Shown one piece after another: positions 44,778 through 58,870 of a stretch of 64,000 nucleotides of DNA. The notes beneath the pieces were generated by a model. The model was given only the letters and a program-made list of their open reading frames with translations, had not been told where the DNA came from and searched no databases. Source of the DNA: the human T2T-CHM13v2.0 reference genome, Homo sapiens; assembly GCF_009914755.1 (NCBI RefSeq), contig NC_060929.1, one strand, 5' to 3'. The position numbers were made by a program, and so were the translations under genes. Position 1 is the stretch's first letter; every line of letters starts with the position of its first letter.

Positions 44778-46369
44778 AGAATGTGTTAAAAAAATTAAGA
44801 TTTGAGGCATCCCACCTCCCTGCACTGGCCAGTCACTCCCCAGCTTCAGACTGAGGACCCAGAGCTGTTTTGAGGCTCATCAAAGGTGTTCAAGCAAACC
44901 AGCTCCTCCCCACCCTGCCTGAGCTTTCCACTCTCCAGGGCATGGAGGAAGGGGATGAGGTTAATGGAGGAGACTTTCGATGCTGACTGTGCATACAGAC
45001 TCTCCTCCCTTTGAACACATGGCTCAGTTCTTTTTCCTGCCACTCCATTACAGAAGGTGTCCCTTTCTCCAACTGGGGAGCCATGCCTAAGACTGTGCCC
45101 AGATACTGAGCTATTTCATTCATGTGAAATTTGGTGACAGGGAGAAGGTGGGCAAGCTCATTACACTGAAGAAGGCACATGACTGTCGGGTAGTCCAGTC
45201 TCCTTCCCACTTCACCGGGGAGAAATCACCATGAGGGATGCTACTCTAAAGGTGGCTGAAGGGATGGGTGGGGAGGAGGTTTGGCTCTAGAATGACAGGA
45301 TGTTGCTTCCCTCTGTGTTTCACCATCCCAGACCACTCTGGGAAGACTGTGCTGCCCTTTAGCACTGGTGAGACGGAAAGCCAAATGCATGCCAGGCACA
45401 CCATAGGACCAAGGTTTTTGGTTTTGAGTCTTTGGTTTTTTGTTTTTGCAGGAAAGAGAAGCCAGCTCTATAATTTCACAAAGTCTCCCCACCTTACTCA
45501 TCTCGAGTAGTGACCACCGTGAATGGTCCCACTGCCAGCCTCTTGGGAGGCAGCCGGGGAAAGCACTCCATCCTGGGACTTAGGAGCATGAACTCTGGAG
45601 AAACACAGACCTGTGTTCAAATCCGAGTCCACTGCGTCCTCACAATGTGATCTTGGGTAAGTCATTTGGCCCCTCTGGGTCTCAGACGTGTCCTGAATTT
45701 GCCCAGGGGATGAACAGTGCTGGAACAGGAGGTGGCTGAGTACAGGGTCTGGCACTTGGTAGGTACCCAGGAAGGGGTGCATACCATCCTTATTTTGCCT
45801 TGATAAAGAGAAGATAGGTCTCTATGATTATTCTAGAAAAAGATCAGTGGGGACTGTGGGCCGAGAGGCTAGGAGCTGGAGAGAGAATGGCAGAGGGAAG
45901 TGTGGACACAAGGGGAAGGAAGAGCAGGCAATTCCTGCAGGGCCCTGGTGCCATGGAGCCCTGGGATAGAGGTCAGAGAAGCAAGATATGGCGGTGGGGG
46001 AGTGTCCTTGGGTCTGTGGGTGGACACTAAGGGCCGGCATGTGACCACTCGCAACCCCCACCCCCAGCCTAGCCCGACCTCCACCAGGGGACACTCACCT
46101 CGAGCTCATTGCCACTGTCCAGGGTCAATTCATTGCCCGGGGTACTTTGTGCCACCTTGTAGTGGCAAAATCTTGATTTTGCATCCTCAATGAGAACAGA
46201 CAGATTCATGTAGATAAGGTGAGAATCAGCACTGCCACTCACGCCTAATGCTCACAGGGGCCTGAGCAGCATGAACCCTAGGTAGATAGAATTTCACAGG
46301 ATGCCAAGGCACAATCAGAAGGTGGCTTAGACTAGGGCATGGGTTCAGAGCCACAGGTGGGAGGACCCC

Positions 46370-46570
46370 TCCCCTCCTCTCCCGCCACCCCCTCCTCGAC
46401 TACCTCCATTCCTTCCTTTTTCCCTTCCTCTTTTATCTCCTTTTCCCTACTTCTCCCATTTTCCTTCCTCTCTACCTCCTCTCCCTCCTCCTCTTTCCTT
46501 CTCCCTCCTCCTGGATCCCCTCATCCCTTTACTTCCTCCTCTTTCTGCTACTTTCTCTTCCTCCTCTATT
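46370..46570 (+). repeat. CT-rich polypyrimidine tract
   Basis: Direct reading. Confidence 0.9.
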
Positions 46571-46789
46571 TCAGACACAGATCCGATGTGCACAGCAAGG
46601 CATTCAAATAGCACAAAGGCTAGATCCTCCAAAGGAATTTCACCTTCAGCTCTGACTCCCAGTTCCCCAGTTTACCTGTCTGGAGCCACCATTTAGAAGC
46701 TTATGTATATAAAGGTATAGATTTGTGGGTATGTGTTTTACAGAAATATTAGCAGAGCATATGCATTTTTCTGTGCTTTTCTAACCTAA

Positions 46790-47164
<375 letters not shown>

Positions 47165-47830
47165 TTGTATGGATGTCTTATGATTTATTTAATCAGACTG
47201 CAATTGATGGACACTTAAGACATTTCTACTCTTTTGATGCTTATAAATAATGCAGCAAATGCTATTTTATTGATAATAATGATAATGGTTAACATTTGTT
47301 GGACTCCTAACTAGGAACTATTTTATGTTTCCCTGTATTAAATCATTTAATCTTCAAAATAAAGCTAGATTGCAGGTACTCTTATCATTTTATAGATGAA
47401 GAAACCAAGGCACGAAGAGATTAAATGCCCTGTCCACTTCTTTGCACACATGAGTGATTATATCTATGGAATAAATTCTTACAAGTGTATTTTAAATTTT
47501 CATAGCTTTTACCAAATTGCCCTTCTAAGGCACTGTAGCAGTTTATTGTCTCATCAACTTTGTATAAAAGTGCCTATTTTTCTTATATATTTCTCGTATA
47601 TATTCACTAGGATAGGAGAAAACTTGTATCTTGTGATTTAATTTGCATTCCTTTTATTATGAGTGAAATCGAGCATCGTTTTATCTGTTTAAAGCCATTT
47701 TATTTATTTTTCCCTGAACCATTAAAGTCCTTTGCTCATCTTTCCTATTAGACTCTTAATCTTTTTCTTGTTAGTTTTAAGAACTTTTTAATGTATTAAT
47801 AACCTACCTTCTTTCTTTTAAATTATTTTA

Positions 47831-48341
<511 letters not shown>

Positions 48342-49599
48342 TCAGGAAATTATCACCCTGAAGTTTGTGCTAATCATTTCTTTTTTCTTTGTTTAAACTT
48401 CCTATAAAAGGAATCATACCGTGTGTATTTTTCTATGACTTTCTTCTATCATTTTCATTATGATTTTGAGACGCATCTGTGTTCATATGCACATATGTAG
48501 AAGCTGTGGTTCATTACTGATCAATGCTATTGAGTGTTTCATGATTATGCCATTTACATGTGAAAAGTAAAACCCAACAGCAGTATATAAGAATTTCCAT
48601 TACTCGACATTCTTACCAGCATTTTGGATGGGAGTATAATGAGATCTCATGAATATAATTGGCATTTCCATGATTATTGAGGTTGAGCATATTTTCCTAC
48701 TTTATGAGCCGTTGATGTTCCCTCTTCTCTGAAGAGGTTATGACTTTTCTCCATTTTCTATTGTATGGTTTGACTTTTCCTTGTTGATCCATCAGTGTTC
48801 TTTATATATTCTGGATATTAATCCTTAGTCAGTTATATGTGCTGCAAGTACATTCAGTTTGTAGCTTTTCTTTTTACTGTCTTTATGGTGTTATTTCATG
48901 AACAGAGGCTCTTAAATTTAACGCAGTTAAGTTTATTATAATTTTTAATGATTTCTGCTTTTTGCATCTTGTTTGAGGAATCCTTCCTTTTTCTGAAGTC
49001 AGCAATAGTATTTTCCTTCATTGCCTTCCAAAATTTTTAAAGTTTTGCCTTTTGTATTTAAGGCTTTAATCCATCTGAAGTGGACTTTTTTTATGCTGTG
49101 ACATAGGAATCCAGTCTCATTCTTCAGCCATATGAATGGACTATTGTCCAGACAATATCTTTTGTCACTCATCTTCAATTCCACTTTGGCATAAACCAAG
49201 TTTCTTTGTTTGCATGGGTCTGTTTCTGGTCTCTCTATTCTTTCACACTGGTATATTTTCCTATTCTTGCACCTGTACACACTTTCTTACTTGTCATAGC
49301 TTTATAACAAACCTTTATATCTGGTAAGGCAAATTCTCCCCTAGCTCCTTGTTCTAATAAAGAGAATCTTTTCACCATTAAATATGGCAGTTTGCTATAG
49401 ATTTTTTGAAGATACTCTTGAAGAGGTGGAGAAAGTATTTAGTTCCAATTGCTAAGAGTTTTTATTATGAATAAATGTTGAACCAATCAGATGGTTTTTC
49501 TCTGTAATTATGTTTATGTGATGAACAACATAAATAGATTTGCTAATATTGAACCAAACTTGCATTCCTAGGTAAAGCCAATTTGGTGAAGTTGGATTT

Positions 49600-49924
<325 letters not shown>

Positions 49925-50521
49925 ATGAAGTTGGATTTTTAAATATCCATTGTTGAAATCTGTTTGATAAAATTTTGTTTAGGGTTTTTACGTTGATCTC
50001 CAAAAATGAGGTAGGTTCCTTGATTATGCTTTTATTTCCTGACTTTCTAATCAAGACTGGGTCAAGCTCATAAAATGTTCTTTTTTCCCCTCTATTATTT
50101 GAAAAAGTTTAAGATTGAGTTACCTGGTTGGTAGAATACTTGTGAAGATGTAAGGATGTTTGAACCTGAGTTTTCTTCATGGGGAGCTTTTCAATGACCG
50201 ATTCAATTTCAATGACTGATTCAATTTCATTGGGTTTCTTAAATTTCTTTTTTTTTCTTGAATCAAGTTTAATGAGTTATATTATTTGAGGAGTTTGCTC
50301 CTTTGTCTAAGTTTTCCAATAAATTGTCAAAATTTTTCTGCAACGTTTTTGTATTGTCTGTTTAATATCACTATCATCTGTTTTTATGTCCCTTTTCCTT
50401 AATGTTTATTGTGTCTTTTTTCTTTTTTGATTAGTCTGACTAGATATTTGTCTACTTTATCCATCTGTATTGTCTATTTTATTAGGCTTTTCAAAGAGAA
50501 AACTTGTGGCCTTGATGATCC

Positions 50522-50826
50522 TTTTTATTTATTTTATTTTTTTAGAGACAGTCTCATTTTGTCACCCAGACTGGAGCACAGTGGTGCAATCATGGCTCAT
50601 TGCAGCTTCAAACTCCTGGGCTCAAGTGATCCTCCCACCTTAGCCTCCCAAGTAGCTGGGACTACAGGCACATGACAGGTGCCTGGCTAATTAAAAAAAA
50701 TTTTTTTGTAGAGATGGGGTCTTCCTATGTTGCCCAGGTTGTTCTCAAACTCCTGAGCTCAAGTGATCCTCCTGCCTCGGCCTTCCAAAGTGTTGGGATT
50801 ACAGGCATGAGTCACTATGCCCAGCT
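50522..50826 (-). mobile_element. Alu (AluJ-like)
   Basis: Reverse Alu; TSD tgat(c/t)cttttt. Confidence 0.93.
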
Positions 50827-51021
50827 GATTCTTTTTATTATATGTTTTATTTTTCAATAATTTTTCCTTTTATTATGTCCCTCTTATTTTCTTTGGGTTT
50901 GTGCTGTAGAATGCTTAGGTTGTTAATGTTGAGCTTTATTCTTTTTAAATATAAACACTTAAGGCTACATATTTCCCCAAAAGTTCAGTGATAGCTGCAT
51001 TGTATAAGTTTTGACATATAA

Positions 51022-51512
<491 letters not shown>

Positions 51513-52502
51513 TAAGTGGTTTAATATATCAGTGCTTCTTAGATCAATGAGTTATTTATAAATTTGTTTTTAATTTTCCAATTGGTTCCTCCAGAAAATT
51601 TACATGCAAATTGAACTAAATAAGAAAGTTAATATCTCTGCCTTTCTACTGGTAATAAAATAATCTTCAATGCTGTAATTCCAATCACCTTCTCCTAAAA
51701 TATGTTATTTTGATCATCTTTGTTCTATTTCATTTCCTTCCCCAGCCTAGACGTTACTCTATTTTTACCTTTTCCCTTTTTGTTTTTCATTTCTACTCAC
51801 ATTTGAAAAATTTCCTCAGAGATAATTATCATTTTGTCAGAAGCCTCTCCTTTGGAACTGTCTTGATGGCAAGCTCTCTCAGCTCTTGTGTCTGAAAGTG
51901 TATTTATTTTGCCCTGTTTGTGTATTCATATTCAGAATGAGTTGCTTGATTACAGCACAGTCTGGGGCCACTTTAACAATCTAATCAACAATCTCTGCTT
52001 TTCCAAATGATTTTATTGAGATATAATTAACACATAATGAAGTGTGCATGTTGGAATCATATAATTTGACAAGTGAAGACACCACCCAAATCAAGATAAT
52101 AAACATATCCATTATCTCCAGAAGTTTCCTCATGCCCTTTGCAATCTCACCTTCCCAGCTCTCCCTGCCACCCATCATTCCCCAGACAACCACTGCTCTG
52201 CTTCCTGTCACTCTAGATTAGTTTGCATTTTTTCTGGAATTTTGTATAAATGAAATCATAGCATGTATACTCTTTTTTTGTCCAACTTTATTCAGGTAGC
52301 AGAATTATTTTAAGATTCATCCATGTTATTTCATGTATTAATACACAGGTTTTTATTGCTGAGTAGTATTCCATGATGTGGATATACCACAATCGATCGA
52401 TTGGTGGACATTTGTTTCCAGTTTTTGGGTAGTATAAATAAAGGTGGTATGAACTTTTTTGTTCAAGTCTTTATATGGTCATACTTAATTTTCTTTGGGT
52501 GA

Positions 52503-52845
<343 letters not shown>

Positions 52846-52974
52846 CTTTGTTTAACTTTTTAAGAAACTGTCAAACAGTTTTACAAAGCAGCTGATCCAT
52901 TTTACATTCCTATCAGCAGTCTATGAGACTTCTAGTTTTTCTAAATTCTTGTAAACTCATGGTAAGAGCAGTAT

Positions 52975-52990
52975 GTATATATAAATATAA

Positions 52991-53048
<58 letters not shown>
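52975..53048. repeat. (TA)n / (TATAAA)n microsatellite at an Alu tail
   Basis: Direct reading. Confidence 0.95.
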
Positions 53049-53678
<630 letters not shown>

Positions 53679-54103
53679 TAAGAGTTCTTTTTATCTTCTG
53701 GACACAAGCCTTTTACCATATGTATGATTTTCAAATATTTTCTCCTAATGTATGCCTTCTCTTTTTATTATGTTAGAAGTATCATTTAAAGAGTAAAAAT
53801 CTTTGATTTTGATGAAGTCCAATTTATGAGTTTGCTCTTGTATGGTTTGTTGTTTGATATCATATCTAAAAATTTTTTGCCTAATCCAAAGTCACAAAGC
53901 TCTTTCTCTTATTTTTTTTCTAGAATTTCTATAGTTTTAGGTTTGTGATCCACTTTGAATTAATTTTTACGCCATGTGACTTATGAATCAAAGTTCTTTT
54001 TTTTTTGCCTAAAGAAGTCCAATTTTCCCAGCACCATTGTATAAAATGAACATCCTTTCTCCACCAAATTGCTTTGCATCTTCATCAAAAATCTGTTGTT
54101 AAT

Positions 54104-54388
54104 GGCAGGGGGTGGAGGGGTGGTGGCTCACGCCTGTAATCTCAGTACTTTGGGAGGCTGAGTTGGGAGGATTGCTTGAGCTCAGGAGTTTGAGACAAGC
54201 CTGGGCAACATAGTGAGAACTTGTCTTAGCTAAAATTAAAAAAAAAAAAAAAATAGCAGTCCCAGATACTTGGGAGGCTGAGGTGGGAGGATCACTTGAG
54301 CCTGGAAGGTTTAGGCTGCAGTAATCTGTGATCAGACCACTTCACTCCAGCCTGGGTGACAGAGTGAGACCTTGTCTCAAAAAAAAAC
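54104..54388 (+). mobile_element. Alu (AluJ-like)
   Basis: Forward dimer with shortened start of the right arm. Confidence 0.92.
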
Positions 54389-54479
54389 CCCAAATCCTCA
54401 GTTGTTTGTTTATATTTGGGCCTATTTCTAGACTCCCTCTTGTGTTTCATTGATTCATTTGTTTTCTATTTTTCCATCA

Positions 54480-54869
54480 TGATATAGTTTAGATATTTGT
54501 CCCTACTCAAATCTCATGTTGAATTATAATCCCCAGTGGTAGAAGTGGGGCCTGGTGGGAGGCATTTGGATCACAGGGGCAGATCCCTCGTGGCTTGGTG
54601 CTGTCTTCATGATAGTAAGTTCTATGAGATCTGGTCATTTAAAAGTGTGTGGCACCTTCACTCTTGCTCCCACTCTATGTGACATACCGGTCCCCACTCA
54701 GTTTCTGCCATGATTGTAAGCTTCCCGAGGCCTCCCCAGAAGCAGAGAAGATGCCAGCACCATGCCTCCTGTAAAGCCTACAGAACTGTGAGCCAATTAA
54801 ATCTCTTTTCTTTATAAATTACCCAGTCTCAGGTATTTCTTTATAGCAATGCAAGAACGGCCTCACACA
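54480..54869 (+). mobile_element. MST (A/B-like) MaLR solo LTR
   Basis: 390 bp, TG...CA; cagaactgtgagccaattaaatctcttttctttataaattacccagtctcagg; TSD catca/catga. Confidence 0.92.
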
Positions 54870-55306
54870 CATGAATACCACACTATCTTGATCACTGGAG
54901 CTTTATAGTAAGTCTTAAAGTTAGATGATAGTGGTCTGCCAATTTTATTCTTATTTTGGCCATACTAGGTTGGTTGAATTTCTGTATGAGTGTAAGCATC
55001 GGCTTGTCAATTTCTCCAATAAGCCTACTGGGATTTCAATTGAAACTGTTGAATCTGAAGGTCAGTTTTGGGAAACTTGAGATCTTAATAATATTAAGTC
55101 CTCTGATTCATGAACACATATCTCCATTTATTAAAGTTTTCTTTAATTTCCTCAGTAATGTTTATAGTTTCCAGTGTATAGATCATATGTATCTTTTGAC
55201 AGGTTTATCCTTAAATAGTTCATATTTTTTATGCTATTATGAATAGGATTGGTTTTAAGTTGTAATTCCAATTCTTTCATTACTAGTGTACAGAAACACA
55301 GTTTAC

Positions 55307-55608
55307 TTTTTTTGTTTTTTGAGACAGTCTCTCTCTCTCTACTGTACAGACTGGAGTGCAGTGGCGCGATCATGGTTCACTGCAACCTCCATCTCCTGAG
55401 TTTAAATGATTCTCCTGCCTCAGCCTCCTGAGTAGCTGGGACTACAGGCATGCGCCACCATCCCTGGCTAATTTTTTTTTGTATTTTTAGTAGAGAGGGG
55501 GTTTCACCATGTTGGCCAGGCTGGTCTCAAACTCCTGACCTCAAGTGATCGGCCTGCTTCGGCCTCCCAACATGCTGGGATTACAGGCATGAGCCACCGC
55601 ACCCAGCC
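55307..55608 (-). mobile_element. Alu (AluS-like)
   Basis: Reverse Alu; TSD agaaacaca. Confidence 0.95.
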
Positions 55609-55946
55609 AGAAACACAATCTACTTTTGTATATTGATCTCGTATCCTGAAGCCTTGCTAAACTAACTTATTTGTTCAGGTGGATTCTTTGGAGATTCATT
55701 TGGATTTTCTACATAAAACATCATGTTGTTTGTAAAAAAGGAGGTTCTTACTTCTTCCTTTCCAGTTTGGATGTATTTTTTTTCTTCTTATTACCTTCTT
55801 GCACTTGCTATTTAGCTTTGTATACAAAGCTAAATAGAAATATTGAAAATAAACATCCTGTTGCTCCCGGTCTTAGGGAGAAAACATTTAGTCTTTCTCG
55901 ATTGAATATGATATTAGTTGTAGGTTTTTAGGGTTTTTTTGTAGAC

Positions 55947-56256
55947 TTTTTTTTTCTTTTCTTTTTTTTTTTTTTTTTTTTGAGACAGGGTTTCACTCTG
56001 TCACTCAGACTGGAGTGCAGTGGTGTAATCTTGACCCACTGCAACCTCTGCCTCCTAGGCTCAAGCAGTCCTCCCACCCCAGCCTCCCAAGTAGCTGGGA
56101 TCAAGTAGCCACCATGCTGGGCTAATTTTTGAGTGTTTGTAGAGACAAGGTCTTGCAATGTTACCCAGACTGGTCTCAACTCCTGAGTTCAAGTGATCTC
56201 CCCATCTTGGCCTCCCAAAGTGCTAGGATTACAGATTAAAGCCACCACACCTGGCC
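55947..56256 (-). mobile_element. Alu (AluJ-like)
   Basis: Reverse Alu with long T tract. Confidence 0.93.
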
Positions 56257-56303
56257 TCTCTAGACACTCTTTATGAGATTGAATAATTCCCTTCTACTCG
56301 TAG

Positions 56304-56653
<350 letters not shown>

Positions 56654-57000
56654 TGATTTTTTTTTCAAATGTTTTTTCTGTATCTATTGGGTGGATCATA
56701 TGGTTTTTCTTTTTAGTCTTTACTATGATGAATGACAATGGTTGATTTTTGAATATTAAACCTACCTTGAATTCCTAAGGATTTAAAACACCATTTCATC
56801 ATGAGGTATTATTCATTTCTATATGTCATTAGATTCAATACATTAAAATCTTATTTAAAATGTTTGCATCTGTTTTCATGAGAAGTATTGGTCTTTAATT
56901 TTCTCATCTTGTAATTTCTTAGTCTGGTTTTGATGTTAGGTAACTGGCCTCATAGGATGAATTGGGAAGTGTTTCCTTCTGTTCAATTTTTTTAGAAGTG

Positions 57001-57370
57001 CAGGCATACCTCAGAGATATTGCAAGTTCAGTTCCAGGCCACTGCAATAAGGCAAATCACACATTTTTTTTTGTTTTCCAGTGCATATAAAAGCATGTTC
57101 TGCACATTTATCCCAGAACTTAAGGTTTAATAATAAAAGAAAAAAAGTTATGTTTACACTCTGCTGTAATCTATTAAGTGTGCAATAGCTTTATGTCTTT
57201 AAAACAATGTACATACCTTAATTTTTTTAAAACTTTATTGCTAAGAATTGCTGACACAGAGACATGAAGTGAGCATATGCTGTTGGAGACAAGGTGCTGA
57301 TATGTTTGACGCAGGATTGCCACAAACCTTCAATCTGTAAAACAAAGCACAACAAAACAAGGTATGCCTG
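57001..57370 (-). mobile_element. Internally deleted Tigger1 (both TIRs)
   Basis: Ends caggcatacct / aggtatgcctg; internal text matches both recalled Tigger1 termini. Confidence 0.9.
57094..57142 (+). mobile_element. Extreme 3' tip of an L1PA inside Tigger1
   Basis: catgttctgcacatttatcccagaacttaaggtttaataataaaa; AAAAG on both sides. Confidence 0.85.
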
Positions 57371-58545
57371 TGTTTCTGTCTAACAGACATTATTTCTCCC
57401 ATAAATGTTACATATTCTTCACCATCGAAGCTCTCTGGTCCTGGAGCTTTGTTTTTGTGACAGTGTTTAACTGCAAATTCATTTTCTTCAATAGTTTTAG
57501 GGATATTGTCTGTATTGATATAACTTCTCTTGTTTCTGATATTGGTAATTTTTATATTCTTTTCATTTTTTCCTGATCAGTTGAGCTAGAAGTTTTTAAA
57601 ATTTTATTGATCTTTTGAAGGAACCAGCTTTTGGTTTCATTTGATTTTTCTGTTGTTTTTCTGTTTTAAAATTCATTCATTTCTGGTGGAATTTTAATCA
57701 TTTCCTTTCCTCTGCTTCCTTTGGGTTTAATTTGCTCTTTTGTTTTCTAGTTTCTTAAGGTGGAAGCTGAGATCATTAGTTTGATAACTCCTTTCTTTTA
57801 TAATATGGGCACTTAGTACTATAAATTTCCTTATAAGTACTGATTTAGTGGTGACCTACAAATTTTGATGTTTTTTCACTTTCACTTAGTTTGAAATACT
57901 TTTAACTCTCCTTTTGATTTTTTTCTTTGACCCTTCAATTACTTAGAAGTGTGTTATTTAGTTTCAAATACTTGTGGATTTTTCCAGAGATCTTTCTGTT
58001 ATTAATTTATAATTTGATTTCAGTTTGGTCAGAGAGCATACTTTGTAAGACTAGAATCCTTTTAAGTTTACTGAAACTTATTTTATGGCCCAAAATATGG
58101 TCTATCTTGGTAAATGTTGCTTGTGCTCTTGAAAAGATTGTATATTCTGCTGTTGTTGGGTGGAGTGCTATATAAATGCCAATTAGGTCAAGTTGGTTCA
58201 TAGTGTTATTCAAATCTTTTATATCCTTTTTGATTTTTTTGTCTACTTATTTTATCAACTCTTGACAGGATGTTGAAATCTTTGACTGTAATGATGATTT
58301 ATCTGTTTCTCCTTGTAGTTCAATTCCGTTAATTTTGCTTCATGTGTTTTGAGGTTCTGTTATTAGATGCATAAACATTTAGAATTATAATTTGATGAAT
58401 TAACCCCTTTATCATAATAAAAGATCTTTTTTATCTTTAGCCATATTCTTTGCTCTGAAATCTACTGTGATATTTATATAACTGCTCCAGCTTTCTTTTG
58501 GTTAGGGATAACATGGTATCTTTTCTCATCCTTCTACTTTCATTT

Positions 58546-58548
<3 letters not shown>

Positions 58549-58589
<41 letters not shown>
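58549..58589 (+). repeat. (AC)n microsatellite
   Basis: Direct reading. Confidence 0.96.
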
Positions 58590-58595
<6 letters not shown>

Positions 58596-58870
58596 ATGGT
58601 CAGAAACTGTTAAAATTTATTGAAAACTATAAAGCCAAATGTCCAAGAAGTTCAACAAATCTCTGGCTCAACAAACGTGAAGAAAACTATACCAAGATAT
58701 ATCCTAATCAAATTGTTCAAAACTGGTAACAAAGAGAATATCTCAAAAGCAGTCAGAGAAAAAAAGACATGTTACATGCAGAGGTACAAATATAAGAATG
58801 ACATCAGATTTCTTTTTAAAGCAATGCAAAAGCAATGCAAGCAAAAAGACAATGGTGCAACATTATATAT
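58590..58870 (+). mobile_element. L1 ORF1 fragment in sense orientation
   Basis: ORF 58620-58889: QEVQQI...PRYILIKLFKTGNKENISKAVREKK, resembling ORF1p RRM/CTD. Confidence 0.85.
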
